Positions 30,318-41,666 are shown, numbered from the stretch's first letter. The stretch is DNA of 64,000 nt from Gemmatimonadaceae bacterium (GCA_045803545.1 JBJMOW010000002.1:256001-320000); one strand, 5' to 3'. Translations and numbers: made by a program. Notes: a model not told the origin generated them from the letters alone.

Positions 30318-30436
30318 ATGACGATTCGGCGGATGGACAACGTCCTCATCGTTGTCGACGACCTCGAGGCGGCCAACGCTTTCTTTCGCCGAACTTGGTA
30401 TGGAGCTCGAAGGCGAGACGACGGTCGAGGCCGAGG
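30318..30436 (+). pseudogene. VOC/glyoxalase family pseudogene fragment
   Basis: MTIRRMDNVLIVVDDLEAANAFF, one extra base near 30387, then AELGMELEGETTVE, then truncated. Confidence 0.75.
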
Positions 30437-30439
30437 GCA

Positions 30440-31051
30440 TCATTCTCGGATTGGCCGAGGACCTCCGCTCATACCGCGGAAGCGCAGTAGCAAAGACACG
30501 AGCGTCAACCCAATAACTGCCCCCACAGCGTTCAGAATCACGTCGTTGACGTCCGCTAATCGATAGCTACCCCAGGCTCGCGAAAAGTACTGAACGGTCT
30601 CGACGCTGATTGAAACAGCAATCGCGATCAGTATTCCCTTCAAAAAGCCGATACGCCTCCAGGCGAGCGGGATCAGGATGCCCAGCGGGACAAAGAGCAA
30701 CACGTTGCCCCTTGCGTTGTACAGGCAAAAGAATCGGGCATTCGGATCTGTGCGTGAGATCGCGGGCGGACAGGTCAGCGCTGCCAGATTTGGGTGCAGC
30801 TCCATTCCCATCGTATCGTCGGCATGCAAGCGCGATGGACGGTTGGGGGCGAGCGTAGCAGAGGCAAGGCCGGAGAGATAAAGGACGAAGGTCAGGAGCA
30901 CGAGTTCGCGTCGTAAAGCCAGCGGTTGTCTCGAAGTGCGAAGGCGGTACAACCGAAAGAGCAGCCAACACGGAACGACGATCGCGCTCAGGGCGAAAAA
31001 CGGAAAGAAAAAACTGCGATATACGAGAAACGGATAGAATAGACGAGGCAT
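30440..31051 (-). CDS. VanZ family membrane protein
   Basis: GNVLLFVPLG, S.S.E..QY, R.ADVNDVILN..G. Confidence 0.88.
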   Translation of the reverse strand: MPRLFYPFLVYRSFFFPFFALSAIVVPCWLLFRLYRLRTSRQPLALRRELVLLTFVLYLSGLASATLAPNRPSRLHADDTMGMELHPNLAALTCPPAISRTDPNARFFCLYNARGNVLLFVPLGILIPLAWRRIGFLKGILIAIAVSISVETVQYFSRAWGSYRLADVNDVILNAVGAVIGLTLVSLLLRFRGMSGGPRPIRE

Positions 31052-31080
31052 ATCGGCAGATCGTTGTTGACCGTAACCAC

Positions 31081-31118
31081 AAAAAAAAGGCCCGTCGAAT
31101 TTACGACGGGCCTTTTTT
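31081..31118. terminator. Intrinsic terminator after the Pal-like gene (bidirectional form)
   Basis: A8-GGCCCGTCG-loop-CGACGGGCC-T6. Confidence 0.88.
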
Positions 31119-31130
31119 CTCAGGGCTGAT

Positions 31131-31703
31131 TTAGAAGCCAGTCAAAATCACAAACTCGTCGCGACGATTCTTGGAGCGGCAATCTTCTTCTCTGGTGGCT
31201 GTGCAAGCGGGACGCTCTTCGCCGTAGGCAGCGATGCGAATTCTCGAGCCATCGACGCCACGGTCCGTGAAGTAGCGGTGTGCGATCGCGGCGCGACGCT
31301 GACTCAGCGCGAGGTTGTACTCGTCCGAGCCGCTGTCATCAGCGTTTCCTTCGATGCGTAGCTGTACGCTCGGATTGCGCTGCAGCGCATCCACTTTCTG
31401 ATCGAGGAGGCGCATTCCCTCTTCGGTGACTTCGGATCGATCGAATTGGAAATAAACCGGAGTAGTGAGCGCTTCTCTGTCGCCCGCGCGGCTCTTCGAG
31501 CGCGCGGCAGCTGCCGCGGCAGCAGCCGCATCAGAGTCATTCGCGTCCGATTGAATCTTGGAGTTCTCGCGTTGCGCCGCATCCATTGCAGCGGCGGTTG
31601 CTGAAGTCGACGTCGATGGGGCAGTGGCCGCGTGATGCCGCGCGCAGGCGCTCGTCAACGCAGCAAACGAAAGCAATGAGATCGAAAGTATTGTTTTATG
31701 CAT
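31131..31703 (-). CDS. OmpA/Pal family lipoprotein
   Basis: Lipobox LTSAC; VYFQFD, IEGNADD.GSDEYNLALSQRRA, YGEERP, NRR.EF. Confidence 0.88.
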   Translation of the reverse strand: MHKTILSISLLSFAALTSACARHHAATAPSTSTSATAAAMDAAQRENSKIQSDANDSDAAAAAAAAARSKSRAGDREALTTPVYFQFDRSEVTEEGMRLLDQKVDALQRNPSVQLRIEGNADDSGSDEYNLALSQRRAAIAHRYFTDRGVDGSRIRIAAYGEERPACTATREEDCRSKNRRDEFVILTGF

Positions 31704-31814
31704 TGGGCTCAGGTCACAGGTGAGATTCATCTACCTGACGAACGACCTGTGAGTTCCGCCACTTAAGCTGAGCCGAAGAAGCGCCGGGACCCGCTTATTA
31801 CGCTTTCACACACC

Positions 31815-32288
31815 TCATCGGAAAAAACTCGCGTCGTCGTAATAGTCCGTGAAGCGTTTGATCCTGCCGTCGTCGACTTCAACGACCGATGCGCCGCGAC
31901 CGGAGGTCCGTCGATTGGAAACCTGCTTGCCTGACGGATCTTTTCCAGTGTAAGTGCCTGTCCAGGTCCATTCGATGCCGACGAGGCGGCCGTCTTCCAT
32001 ACTGTTGGTGACATTCCATTTGAAGTCCGGCTCGGCGGTGATCAAGCCACGCAGGAATTCGTTCACCGCTTTTGCGCCGACGCCGCGAAAATTCTGCGCG
32101 ACGTCTTCATGAACGCCGTCACCGGCCAGCAGTGTATCAATTGCCGCTGTATCGTGCGCGTTCCAAGCCTGCACATACGCCAGAGCGACCGCCTTGTCGC
32201 CTGCCACGGGCTGTTGCTTTGAATAGACGGCGCACGAAATGGTAGCGAATGCGAAAAAAATTGGAGCAGTGTACGAGCGTCCTCTCAT
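31815..32288 (-). CDS. SnoaL-like/NTF2 family (ester cyclase) lipoprotein
   Basis: YVQAWNAHD, PDFKW, EWTWTGT, DGRI....DYYD. Confidence 0.8.
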   Translation of the reverse strand: MRGRSYTAPIFFAFATISCAVYSKQQPVAGDKAVALAYVQAWNAHDTAAIDTLLAGDGVHEDVAQNFRGVGAKAVNEFLRGLITAEPDFKWNVTNSMEDGRLVGIEWTWTGTYTGKDPSGKQVSNRRTSGRGASVVEVDDGRIKRFTDYYDDASFFR

Positions 32289-32505
32289 TCCCCGCCTCCA
32301 TCAGGTCGTTTCAGCCGTCTATACCGAGCGTTGCTCGATACGCTGCATTCCCGCTGCGCGGGGCGCAAGTGTGTTGTGTACCAACCCTGCGCCGTTCAAA
32401 GCGCGGTCCCACATCCGACTGCGCATCAAGGTTTCTTGCAGTTGTTCGCTCTACCCCGTAAGGTTTGCTCGCTGGTGAGCCGCAACCTTCCGACGAGAGG
32501 TGGCA

Positions 32506-35343
32506 ATGCGACGCCCGTTCTGGCAGCTGGTCATTGTTATTGGCTTTCCTCTGTTGGCAATCATTCTTGCTCCGCGCGTGACCACTGCGCAGGGCGGCGT
32601 AGTGCGCGGACGGCTTACTGACTCCGCCGGCGTCGCCATCGCGCGAGCTACGGTCACCCTCGAGCCCGGCGGATTGCGCGCAACGACGCGCGATAATGGC
32701 GAGTACGCAATCACGCGCGTTCCACCCGGCGTCTACACGCTGCGAGCGCGCCGGCTTGGTTATCTCATCCCGGCAACTACAGTGACGCTTGCGGAAGGGC
32801 AAACAGTAACGCAGGACTTCACCGTGACGCACTCGGTGGTCTCGCTCGGAGAAGTGGTCATTGGATCGCGCGCGCGGCACACTGCCGCGGACGAGTTACC
32901 GGTCCCCGTCGATGTTTTCACGCCAGAGATGATCCAGGCCCAGGGCACCACCGAGACCGCTCAGATTCTGTCGCAGCTATCGGCCTCGGTGAATTTCCCA
33001 CGCCAAAGCGTGTCTGACGCGACGGAGATCGTGCGACCCTTCACGATGCGCGGGTTGAGCCCGGATCACACGCTGGTGCTCATAAATGGAAAGCGCCGAC
33101 ATCACACCGCGCTGATTCATTACTACGGCGCCGGTGAAGGCGCTGGGTCGAGCGGCATCGACATGAATTCGATCCCGGCCAGTGCCATTGGCCGAATCGA
33201 GGTTCTTCGTGACGGCGCGGCTGCGCAATACGGATCGGACGCGATTGCCGGCGTCGTCAACGTACTTCTGAAGGATGGTGCAACATCGCCGTTCTTCACC
33301 GCGGATCTCGGTGAGTATTGGACCAGCAAACAGAATCCGGCTGCGCTTCCGAATTCTGGCGGCTCGCGGCCGGCTTACCCGCACGACGGAAGAACTTTCG
33401 ACATCAATGGCGGCTGGGGAGTTCCACTCGGCCGAGGCTCGCTCGGGTTGTTCGCCGAGTACCGCGATCGGCAGCCGACTAACCGTGCCGGACCTGACCC
33501 GACAGACATGTTCGTTGCGGGCGATGCCGACGGAGTGGTGGACGGGAATCTCGTTTCCAAGAACAACGCGATCGGAATGCCGAACCATCACTGGGGCGAT
33601 GGCGCGTCCAAGGATCTGATGACCTTCTTCAACGCCTCCTTCCCGTTCACACCCTCTAACGCATCCGCCGGTCTCTACGCGTTCGGCGGGTATAGCTACC
33701 GTCAGGGAGCCGGTTTCGGATATTTTCGACCGCCATCGAGCGAGCGAAACTGGACGCAGATCTACCCAAATGGTTTCCTTCCGAAGTTCGCTCCCGATGT
33801 TCTCGACTTTTCCGGAGCCGGCGGTGTGCGCGGATTATTGTCCGGCTGGTCTTACGACCTCGGCGGAACGATCGGCCACAACGGGTTCAAGTACAATCTT
33901 GAGCACACCCTGAATACGTCGTTGGGACCGTGTCTGACAACGGCGTGCGCACCGGGAGCAGATGGCGTTCTGGGTACCGCAGACGATCCCGGCATCCCCA
34001 ACAAAACGAGCATTTTTGCCGGAGAGCTCAAATACACCGAGGCGATTCTCAGTCTGGACGCCAGTCACGAATACGCGGCGGGCCTCGCGTCGCCACTCAA
34101 CGTGGGCATCGGCACCGCGTTCCGCACCGAGCGTTACGTCATCGGGGCCGGTGAGACTGCCTCTTACATCAACGGCTTTCATCCGGCGCAGGATGGCAGT
34201 ATCGCGCCGTCAGGGTCACAGGTCTTTCCTGGATTCCGCCCCCAGGATGCGACGAACGCGGACCGGAACAACGTCAGCGCTTATGTTGATCTCGAGGCCG
34301 ACATAATTCCGCGCGTACTGGCCGACGTCGCCGCGCGTTACGAGCACTACAGCGACTTTGGCAGCAAGGTCACTGGAAAGCTCGCGATGCGGTACCAGCC
34401 AACTTCACAACTCACCTTGCGTTCGGCAATCAGCACGGGTTTCCGCGCCCCGTCGCTCAATCAGAGCTACTACTCGAGCGTCGTCACCAATTTCGCCGCA
34501 GACCCCAACACCGGCAATCCGGTTCCGTTCGAGATCGGGATCTTTCCAGTAAACTCACGAGAGTCCCGCGCGCTTGGCGCGCGACCGCTTAAACCAGAAT
34601 CGTCGCGGAATATCAGTGCCGGATTCGCGCTGACGCCGATCGAAAACCTCACGTTCACCGCGGACTTCTACTACATCGCGATTGACGATCGCATCACCAT
34701 CACGGGTTTTCTCGGCGACGGCACTGACAGCGTTTCCCGCATCCTGGCCAATATCGGATCGCCTGCGACGACCGCGCAATATTTTACCAACGCGATAGAT
34801 ACCAGGACGCGAGGTCTTGACTTGACTGGCAGCTATTCGCGGGCGACCCTCGGGGGAACGGCCGGCCTCAATGCAATCTTCAATTTCAATCGCACGACGA
34901 TCCCAAACGAGGACAACATTCCTTTGCCGGCGGAGCTTCAGGGGACTGGCGTGACCCTCGTCAACAAATACGACGAAGGGGGCCTGTTGGCGATCACCAA
35001 GGAGCGCCCGGCATGGCGAGGGACGGTCACCGGCACGTACTCGCGCGGATTGTGGAATGGCATGGCGCGCTACGCTTACTACGGCAAGTATACCTCAGCG
35101 CTTTACAGCTATAGTGGCGGCGACGTGCAGAACTATCGGAACAAGAGTCTGGTCGACGCAGAGATCGGCTTCTCACCAATACAGGGCTTCAAACTGTCGA
35201 TTGGTGGACGAAATCTTTTTGACGTCTATCCGGACCGTATGAACGAGGGAAACGGGTTCGACATTTTCCCGTGGCCCCCGGCATCGCCATTCGGCTACAA
35301 CGGTCGGTACCTGTACTCCCGTGTCGAGCTGACAGGCCGATGA
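32506..35343 (+). CDS. TonB-dependent receptor with N-terminal carboxypeptidase-regulatory-like domain
   Basis: Signal peptide; plug LVLINGKR..IEVLRDGAAAQYGSDAIAGVVN; STGFRAPSL; NLFDVYP. Confidence 0.93.
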   Translation: MRRPFWQLVIVIGFPLLAIILAPRVTTAQGGVVRGRLTDSAGVAIARATVTLEPGGLRATTRDNGEYAITRVPPGVYTLRARRLGYLIPATTVTLAEGQTVTQDFTVTHSVVSLGEVVIGSRARHTAADELPVPVDVFTPEMIQAQGTTETAQILSQLSASVNFPRQSVSDATEIVRPFTMRGLSPDHTLVLINGKRRHHTALIHYYGAGEGAGSSGIDMNSIPASAIGRIEVLRDGAAAQYGSDAIAGVVNVLLKDGATSPFFTADLGEYWTSKQNPAALPNSGGSRPAYPHDGRTFDINGGWGVPLGRGSLGLFAEYRDRQPTNRAGPDPTDMFVAGDADGVVDGNLVSKNNAIGMPNHHWGDGASKDLMTFFNASFPFTPSNASAGLYAFGGYSYRQGAGFGYFRPPSSERNWTQIYPNGFLPKFAPDVLDFSGAGGVRGLLSGWSYDLGGTIGHNGFKYNLEHTLNTSLGPCLTTACAPGADGVLGTADDPGIPNKTSIFAGELKYTEAILSLDASHEYAAGLASPLNVGIGTAFRTERYVIGAGETASYINGFHPAQDGSIAPSGSQVFPGFRPQDATNADRNNVSAYVDLEADIIPRVLADVAARYEHYSDFGSKVTGKLAMRYQPTSQLTLRSAISTGFRAPSLNQSYYSSVVTNFAADPNTGNPVPFEIGIFPVNSRESRALGARPLKPESSRNISAGFALTPIENLTFTADFYYIAIDDRITITGFLGDGTDSVSRILANIGSPATTAQYFTNAIDTRTRGLDLTGSYSRATLGGTAGLNAIFNFNRTTIPNEDNIPLPAELQGTGVTLVNKYDEGGLLAITKERPAWRGTVTGTYSRGLWNGMARYAYYGKYTSALYSYSGGDVQNYRNKSLVDAEIGFSPIQGFKLSIGGRNLFDVYPDRMNEGNGFDIFPWPPASPFGYNGRYLYSRVELTGR

Positions 35344-35435
35344 TGTTTCCACTGGCGCCGGCTCAATACCCGCCGCGATGAGAACCGTTCTTGCTTAACA
35401 AGCCGGTACCGATTTCGGCGTTGAGGAGGAATTGA

Positions 35436-36686
35436 GTGCCGACAGATCCTGCCACCTATCCGCTGCAGTTAGCGGCGATTCTATCCGATCGACTGCGGAC
35501 GGCCAAACAGGAGCTGGTGACCCAATGGCTGAACCGGATCACCGCTCGCGTGGCTATCTCGAGCAAGCGCGTTTTTCCGACTCACGAATTGCTCAACCAC
35601 GTCCCGCTTCTCATCGAGGGAATAGCCGGGTACCTGAAACGTCCCGAACGCGACATCGACGCCAAGGCGCCGGTCGTTGCGAAGGCGATGGAGCTCGGTG
35701 CGTTGCGTCACGCCCAGGGTTTCGACGCCTACGAGATTCTCAAAGAGTACGAGATGCTGGGCGAGATCATCTTCGGCTTCCTTGCCGATACCTCCGAGAC
35801 AGTCCCCGGTGATTACGCCCGGCGCGATTTTCTTATTTGCTGGCAGCGACTGGCGCAGGCCATGGAGCTGATTCGTCAGGCGACGATGAGCCACTTTCTT
35901 CGCCTGTCCGATGGGCAAGTCAACGAGCGTGAGAGCAGACTCAGAAAATTCAATCGCACCGTTGCCCACGAGCTGAAAAACAGGATCAACGCCATCAGCG
36001 CCGCATCGGCGGCGTTGTCGCAGGAGTGGGTGCCACCCAGCGAACGAAAGGAGTTCGAGGAGATCATTGCCAAGAACTCGCGGGGTCTCGAGAAAACGCT
36101 CGGCAGCCTCGAGTCGCTCTCGAGAACGCAGGCGGATTCACGGCACTGCCGCAATGTGCTTTTGCCTGAGGCGGCGAACGAAGCAGTGCGTGAGCTCGCC
36201 GATGCGGCGAACGCGAAGGGCGTCGATGTGCGAATTGCCGACGATCTTCCCCCGATCGAAGTCGACGCAGCGGTCGTCGAGCTCGCGCTCATGAACTATG
36301 TATCGAACGGCATCAAATACTCGGACACTGGCAAACAGCAGAAATGGGTGTCGATCAGCGCCGCGGTCGAGGCGCCCAATACCGAGCACGATCGCGAGGT
36401 CGTGATTCGCGTCGCTGACAACGGCATCGGCATTCCCGCAGATCGGCGTGAGCAACTATTCCGGGAGTTCTATCGCGCGCACGACGAGACCGTCACCGAC
36501 GCCGCGGGCACTGGTCTCGGACTGAGCATTGTGCGCGAAGCTGTCGAGGCCATTGGCGGACGCGCGTGGGCAGAGTTTCCCGAAAATCAGGGAAGCGTCT
36601 TTGCCTTCTCCGTCCCGTCTCGCAGACGGGAAGACCTGCGTAGAGCAGAGGCTGGCGCCCAGGCAAAGGAGCCCGCCAGCGGATAG
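35436..36686 (+). CDS. Cytoplasmic sensor histidine kinase with RsbRD-N-like helical input domain
   Basis: H box VAHELKN, N box NYVSNGIKY, DNGIGI, GTGLGL; no TM; GGAGG RBS. Confidence 0.9.
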   Translation: MPTDPATYPLQLAAILSDRLRTAKQELVTQWLNRITARVAISSKRVFPTHELLNHVPLLIEGIAGYLKRPERDIDAKAPVVAKAMELGALRHAQGFDAYEILKEYEMLGEIIFGFLADTSETVPGDYARRDFLICWQRLAQAMELIRQATMSHFLRLSDGQVNERESRLRKFNRTVAHELKNRINAISAASAALSQEWVPPSERKEFEEIIAKNSRGLEKTLGSLESLSRTQADSRHCRNVLLPEAANEAVRELADAANAKGVDVRIADDLPPIEVDAAVVELALMNYVSNGIKYSDTGKQQKWVSISAAVEAPNTEHDREVVIRVADNGIGIPADRREQLFREFYRAHDETVTDAAGTGLGLSIVREAVEAIGGRAWAEFPENQGSVFAFSVPSRRREDLRRAEAGAQAKEPASG

Positions 36687-36781
36687 CGCGGCCACTGACC
36701 TCGGGATTTCTCCCATGGTCGCCGTTCATTGCGGACGCCCGGTGAGTTCTCCATACTAGCTGTCACTCTCACCCCGTTCTC

Positions 36782-37648
36782 GTGACTCTACACTCTCGCC
36801 GACAATTTCTCACAACCTTGGGCGTTGGCGCTCTTGGCCTCGCCGGAATCAACGCCGCATCTTCCTGCGCCAGCGGCTCGGGCGCCGCCGGTTCTCGAAA
36901 GCTCAAGAAAGTTGGACTGCAGCTGTACACGGTGCGGAATCTGATGCAGCAGGATATGCCGGGGACTCTCGCGCAGGTTGCCGCTGCCGGATACAAGGAA
37001 GTCGAGTTCGCTGGCTACTTTGGTCGCACGCCGGAACAAGTGCGGCAACTGCTCGCTCAGAACGGCCTGACCTCACCCTCTTCGCATCTTCAGTTCGACC
37101 CTTTTGGCGGCAACGCCAATGATGTTCTCGCGTTCTCCAAGGCCATTGGTAACGAGTGGGCGGTGATTCCTTACATCCCTGAAGAGCGGCGCAAAACGAT
37201 GGACGACTGGAAGCGCATTGCCGCTATGCTGAACAGCATCGGCGCGCAAGCGAAAACACAGGGGCTGCGTCTCGCGTACCACAACCACAATTTCGAGCTC
37301 GCCGACATGGGTGGTCAGCGACCCCTCGATTACATGCTCACCAATACCGATCCGTCGCTGGTCGATTTCGAGATGGATTTGTACTGGGTGGTTTTTGGTG
37401 GCGGAAACCCGATCGATTTCTTCAACCGCTATCCTGGCCGATTCCCGATGGTCCACGTCAAGGATTCCGCTGGACCGCCGGACAACAAGATGGCCGACGT
37501 CGGCAGGGGCACCATCAACTTCGCGTCGATCTTCGCACTCAGCGACAAGGCCGGCATCAGGCACTATTTCGTCGAGCGGGACGATGCGACCGATGAACTC
37601 GCGAGTATCCGCAATAGCGCTCAGTATTTGATCAATTTCACTTACTGA
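36782..37648 (+). CDS. Sugar phosphate isomerase/epimerase, Tat-exported (paralog of 3361-4218)
   Basis: SRRQFL, GLQLYTVR, YHNHNFE, EMD, HVKD, VERD. Confidence 0.9.
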   Translation: MTLHSRRQFLTTLGVGALGLAGINAASSCASGSGAAGSRKLKKVGLQLYTVRNLMQQDMPGTLAQVAAAGYKEVEFAGYFGRTPEQVRQLLAQNGLTSPSSHLQFDPFGGNANDVLAFSKAIGNEWAVIPYIPEERRKTMDDWKRIAAMLNSIGAQAKTQGLRLAYHNHNFELADMGGQRPLDYMLTNTDPSLVDFEMDLYWVVFGGGNPIDFFNRYPGRFPMVHVKDSAGPPDNKMADVGRGTINFASIFALSDKAGIRHYFVERDDATDELASIRNSAQYLINFTY

Positions 37649-37706
37649 TCTTGGATCTCGCAAAAACCGTTTTGAAAAAACTGAATTCATCGAGGAGCTG
37701 TAGCAG

Positions 37707-39263
37707 ATGACGGGCAAGAAGGTCACGCGCCGCCAATTCGTTGCTGACGCCGGCAAGATCGGCCTCGGCGTGATGATTGTCCCGCGACACGTGCTCGGCG
37801 GCGTCGGCTATCAGGCGCCGAGCGATACGATGAACTTCGCGGTGGTCGGCTTTGGCGGGATGGGATCGGAGAACGCCCTCGAGCTTGCGAAGACCGAGAA
37901 CCTCGTCGCCTACACAGATGTCGACTGGGCTTACTCAGCGAGTAAGGTCGCTGAAAAGCTCAAGGACAACGACAAGAAGGATCGGCCGGAAGGCATCACA
38001 CTAAAACAAAAATTCGACAAGGCCACGCGGTATTCCGATTTCCGCGAGATGCTCGACAAGCAGAAAGACATCGACGGCATTGTCATCGCCACTCCAGATC
38101 ATCTGCATGCAGTGGTGGCGAAAGCGGCGATGCAGAACGGCAAGCACGTCTACGTGCAGAAGCCGCTCACGTATTCAGTCCACGAAGCGCGAGTGCTACG
38201 TGACATGGCGCTCGCCAATCCGAAGATCGTGACCCAGATGGGAAATCAGGGTCATTCAAGTGAAGGGGCGCGGCTCGTCAATGAGTGGATACAGGCAGGC
38301 ATCATCGGCCCCGTCCACGAGGTCCATGTCTGGACCAATCGTCCGGTGGTGTACTGGCCGCAGGGCGTTCCGCGTCCCACTGGCTCTCCACCCGCGGCGC
38401 CGCCGCCCAGTCCTTTCGGAAATCCGTACAGCTTCCGCTATGTGAATCAGCTGCTGGCGTCGGCGTTGGGTTCGTATCCGGTGCCACCCGGATTGCACTG
38501 GGATCTGTATCTCGGTCCAGTCGCGGAAGACGTCCCGTATCATCCGATCTATCACCCGTTCAACTGGCGCGGCTGGGTGTACTTCGGCGTCGGCGCGCTT
38601 GGCGACATGGGTGCGCACCTGATCGATCACCCGTTCTGGGCGCTCGGTCTTACTTATCCCACGAGCATCGAGGCCACGTCGACCCAGTGGGGGACGATCC
38701 CCGTTCCGCCCGACCCCAACGCTCCCGCAGGCAGTCGCGAGAATCGCGGTTACAACAAACCAGTATCGTATCCGGTCGCGACGCAGGTGCACTATCAGTT
38801 CGCTGAGCGAGGCAATCAGCCGCCGGTCAAACTCACGTGGTACGATGGTGGTTTGTATCCACCGCGTCCCGATGTTTTGCCGGATGATGTCACGCTCAAG
38901 AGCGAAGGCGGCGTGATCTTCATCGGCGAGAAGGGAATTCTGATGCACGACACATATGGCTCGAACCCGCGCCTCTTCCCGGTCTCACTGATTGAAGACG
39001 CGGCACTGGTGCCGAGGACTTATGATCGGATTCCCTGGAGTCACGAAATGAACTGGGTGAAGGCGATCAAGGGCGAGGCAAAGGCTAGCTCGCCATTGGA
39101 GTACGCGGCGCAGCTCACCGAGACAATGCTGCTCGGTATCGTCGCGCTCCGCACGGGTCAGGGAACGAAGATTCTGTATGACGGACCGAACATGCGCGTA
39201 ACCAACATCGCAGACGCGAATCAATACCTGACGCGCGAGTACCGTCCCGGCTGGGCAATCTGA
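37707..39263 (+). CDS. Gfo/Idh/MocA family oxidoreductase, Tat-exported
   Basis: TRRQFV, GFGGMG, TPDHLH, YVQKP, QMGNQG. Confidence 0.9.
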   Translation: MTGKKVTRRQFVADAGKIGLGVMIVPRHVLGGVGYQAPSDTMNFAVVGFGGMGSENALELAKTENLVAYTDVDWAYSASKVAEKLKDNDKKDRPEGITLKQKFDKATRYSDFREMLDKQKDIDGIVIATPDHLHAVVAKAAMQNGKHVYVQKPLTYSVHEARVLRDMALANPKIVTQMGNQGHSSEGARLVNEWIQAGIIGPVHEVHVWTNRPVVYWPQGVPRPTGSPPAAPPPSPFGNPYSFRYVNQLLASALGSYPVPPGLHWDLYLGPVAEDVPYHPIYHPFNWRGWVYFGVGALGDMGAHLIDHPFWALGLTYPTSIEATSTQWGTIPVPPDPNAPAGSRENRGYNKPVSYPVATQVHYQFAERGNQPPVKLTWYDGGLYPPRPDVLPDDVTLKSEGGVIFIGEKGILMHDTYGSNPRLFPVSLIEDAALVPRTYDRIPWSHEMNWVKAIKGEAKASSPLEYAAQLTETMLLGIVALRTGQGTKILYDGPNMRVTNIADANQYLTREYRPGWAI

Positions 39264-39287
39264 GTCAAACCCTTCGCGAGGAATGCC

Positions 39288-40034
39288 ATGTCAACTGCAG
39301 TTTCGGCACGATTAACAACTATTTCCCTGATCGCTCTGGCCTTTGTTGCGTGCACCCCGATGGGGAACAACTCGCAAACCGCGAGCAGTGCCGCGGCGAC
39401 GGGGACATCCGGGTTGAGTGCTGAACAGACCGCCGCCGGCTGGCGCCCGTTATTTGATGGCTCGAACACAGACGCCTGGCGCGGTTACAAGACGCAGACG
39501 CTGCCGGCTGGTTGGCACATCGCCGATGGCGTGCTGACGAAGACGGGATCGAGCGAGGACCTGATCACGAAGGATCAATTCGCGAACTTCGAGCTGGCGA
39601 TGGATTGGAAGCTGAGTCCGGGCGGCAATGCCGGCCTCTTTTATCGCGGGACAGAAGAGTACGACCACATCTACTGGAGCGCACCTGAATATCAGCTGCT
39701 CGACGACGCAGGCCATCCAGACGGTAAGAGTCGCCTGACTTCGGCCGGCGCGGATTACGGCCTTTATCCCTCGCGTGCCGGTGTTGTCAAACCGGCTAAC
39801 GAATGGAACTCGACACTGCTCGTGGTCAACGGCAATCGCGTTCAGCACTGGCTCAACGGACAGAAGCTGCTGGAGTACGATCTCGGCGGCGCGGACTGGC
39901 AACAGAAGGTCGCGGCCAGCAAGTTTGCCGCCTATCCGAACTATGGAAAAGCCAGTCGTGGCTACATCGGCATCCAGGGTGACCACGATGGAACTCTCTC
40001 ACTTCGCAACATTCGAATCCGGGTCCTTCCATGA
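39288..40034 (+). CDS. DUF1080 family lipoprotein
   Basis: FVAC lipobox; [33 protein letters not shown]. Confidence 0.9.
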   Translation: MSTAVSARLTTISLIALAFVACTPMGNNSQTASSAAATGTSGLSAEQTAAGWRPLFDGSNTDAWRGYKTQTLPAGWHIADGVLTKTGSSEDLITKDQFANFELAMDWKLSPGGNAGLFYRGTEEYDHIYWSAPEYQLLDDAGHPDGKSRLTSAGADYGLYPSRAGVVKPANEWNSTLLVVNGNRVQHWLNGQKLLEYDLGGADWQQKVAASKFAAYPNYGKASRGYIGIQGDHDGTLSLRNIRIRVLP

Positions 40035-41314
40035 ACGCACGTACGCGTCTGTCGGCGATGATGTTCCTCCAGTACTTCATCTGGGGGGTCTGGTTCGTCA
40101 CCATGGGCACCTACCTCGGTCAAACGCTTCACTTCACCGATCGTCAGATCGGTTTGTCGTATGGAGCCACCGCCATTGCCGCGCTTGTCTCCCCGTTTTT
40201 CATGGGCGTCGTTGCCGACCGATACTTCTCCAGTGAGAAACTGCTGGCACTGCTGCACCTGGTCGGCGGTGTCGTGATGTACCTGGTATCGCTGCAGACG
40301 AATTTCGGCTCGTTCTATCCACTGCTGATTCTCTACGCGCTCTGCTACATGCCGACGCTGTCGCTCACCAATTCGATCTCCTTCCATCACGTCAACGATC
40401 CAGGTCGCGATTTCCCCTTCATTCGCGTGCTGGGTACGATCGGATGGATCGTGGCCGGCATCATCGTCGGAAAAGTCTTTCACGCTGACGCCCTGGTGTT
40501 GCCGATGCGTCTCGCTGCCGGCGCATCTATCATCATGGCTGCTTACTCGCTGGCGCTTCCGCACACCCCACCGCCCAATGCCGGCGGCAGATTCAGCATG
40601 CACGATGCACTGGGACTGGATTCCCTCGCCCTGCTGAAGAACCGGGACTTCTTCATTTTCGTGGCGGGTTCATTCCTGCTCTGCATCCCGCTTCAGTTCT
40701 ACTACACCTTCGCCAATCCATTCCTGAATGAAGTGAAGGCGCCGGATCCGGCGTTCATCCAGACTTTCGGTCAGATGTCCGAAATCTTCTTCATGCTGCT
40801 GCTGCCGGTGGCTCTGCGGCGACTCGGCATCAAGGTGATCATGCTCGTGGGCATGGCGGCATGGGCGCTTCGATATCTCGCGTTTGGAATGGGTGCGGTC
40901 GGACCGGTGATGGGACTGCTGTACCTCGGAATCATCCTGCACGGCGTCTGCTACGACTTCTTCTTCGTCAGCGGACAGATTTACACCGATCAGCGTGCCG
41001 GCGAGAAGATCCGTGCTGCTGCGCAAGGCATGATCAACTTCGTCACCAACGGGCTCGGTTATTTCGTCGGCGCTTTCGTTTCGGGAGCGGTCGTCAATCG
41101 GTACGCAACCGCCAATGCCTCCTGCAGTGCCGAAGCGGCGGCTGCCCGTCAGTGCCTGCAGGTCACCCACGACTGGCATTCCATCTGGCTGGTGCCTTCG
41201 GCCGGAGCAGCGCTGGTGTTCATTCTGTTCGCGATCCTGTTCAAGCCGAGAGGGGGCGCGCCTCAGGCGGCCGTACCCGAGCCGGCGGTTGGTCCGGGCG
41301 GCGTACCGGCGTAA
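40031..41314 (+). CDS. Nucleoside:H+ symporter family MFS permease (NupG-like)
   Basis: [36 protein letters not shown]. Confidence 0.9.
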   Translation: MNARTRLSAMMFLQYFIWGVWFVTMGTYLGQTLHFTDRQIGLSYGATAIAALVSPFFMGVVADRYFSSEKLLALLHLVGGVVMYLVSLQTNFGSFYPLLILYALCYMPTLSLTNSISFHHVNDPGRDFPFIRVLGTIGWIVAGIIVGKVFHADALVLPMRLAAGASIIMAAYSLALPHTPPPNAGGRFSMHDALGLDSLALLKNRDFFIFVAGSFLLCIPLQFYYTFANPFLNEVKAPDPAFIQTFGQMSEIFFMLLLPVALRRLGIKVIMLVGMAAWALRYLAFGMGAVGPVMGLLYLGIILHGVCYDFFFVSGQIYTDQRAGEKIRAAAQGMINFVTNGLGYFVGAFVSGAVVNRYATANASCSAEAAAARQCLQVTHDWHSIWLVPSAGAALVFILFAILFKPRGGAPQAAVPEPAVGPGGVPA

Positions 41315-41366
41315 CAAACTCGAGGCGGGAGCCGTATGGCATTGAAAGCCCACCGGGAATGACATA

Positions 41367-41666
41367 ATGGATCCATTCCGAATGGTCGTCGCGATCGTGG
41401 TCGTCATCGCGGTGACCACGACAATCAGAACTTTACTTACTACCATCTTTGGTCGCCGCAGTTATCACGGAGGCGAGTCGCGCGAAACACGCGAGTCTGG
41501 CCCAATCGCCGACGCGAGACTTTCCCGTCTCGAGCAGGCGGTCGATGCGATAGCGCTCGAGGTCGAGCGGATCTCGGAAGGCCAGCGATTTACAACCAAG
41601 CTCCTTAGCGAGCAGGCCAGGCAGGGCGGCAAGCTCAGTCGTGAGCTCACCAACACTCCAACCTGA
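41367..41666 (+). CDS. Single-TM coiled-coil protein, paralog of 1652-1927
   Basis: RLSRLEQAVDAIALEVERISEGQRFTTKLL. Confidence 0.8.
   Translation: MDPFRMVVAIVVVIAVTTTIRTLLTTIFGRRSYHGGESRETRESGPIADARLSRLEQAVDAIALEVERISEGQRFTTKLLSEQARQGGKLSRELTNTPT

Noticed and set aside
30440..31051. vanZ as evidence of a glycopeptide resistance cluster
   Set aside because: No vanHAX or vanRS nearby; VanZ-like proteins are widespread as solo genes.
32290..32505. Riboswitch upstream of the TonB receptor
   Set aside because: No cobalamin or TPP consensus found; only a weak TTGCAG-N17-TAAGGT promoter candidate.
37661..37674. CAAAAACCGTTTTG as a LacI-type operator
   Set aside because: Imperfect, in an A/T-rich tract, with no second copy or LacI gene seen.
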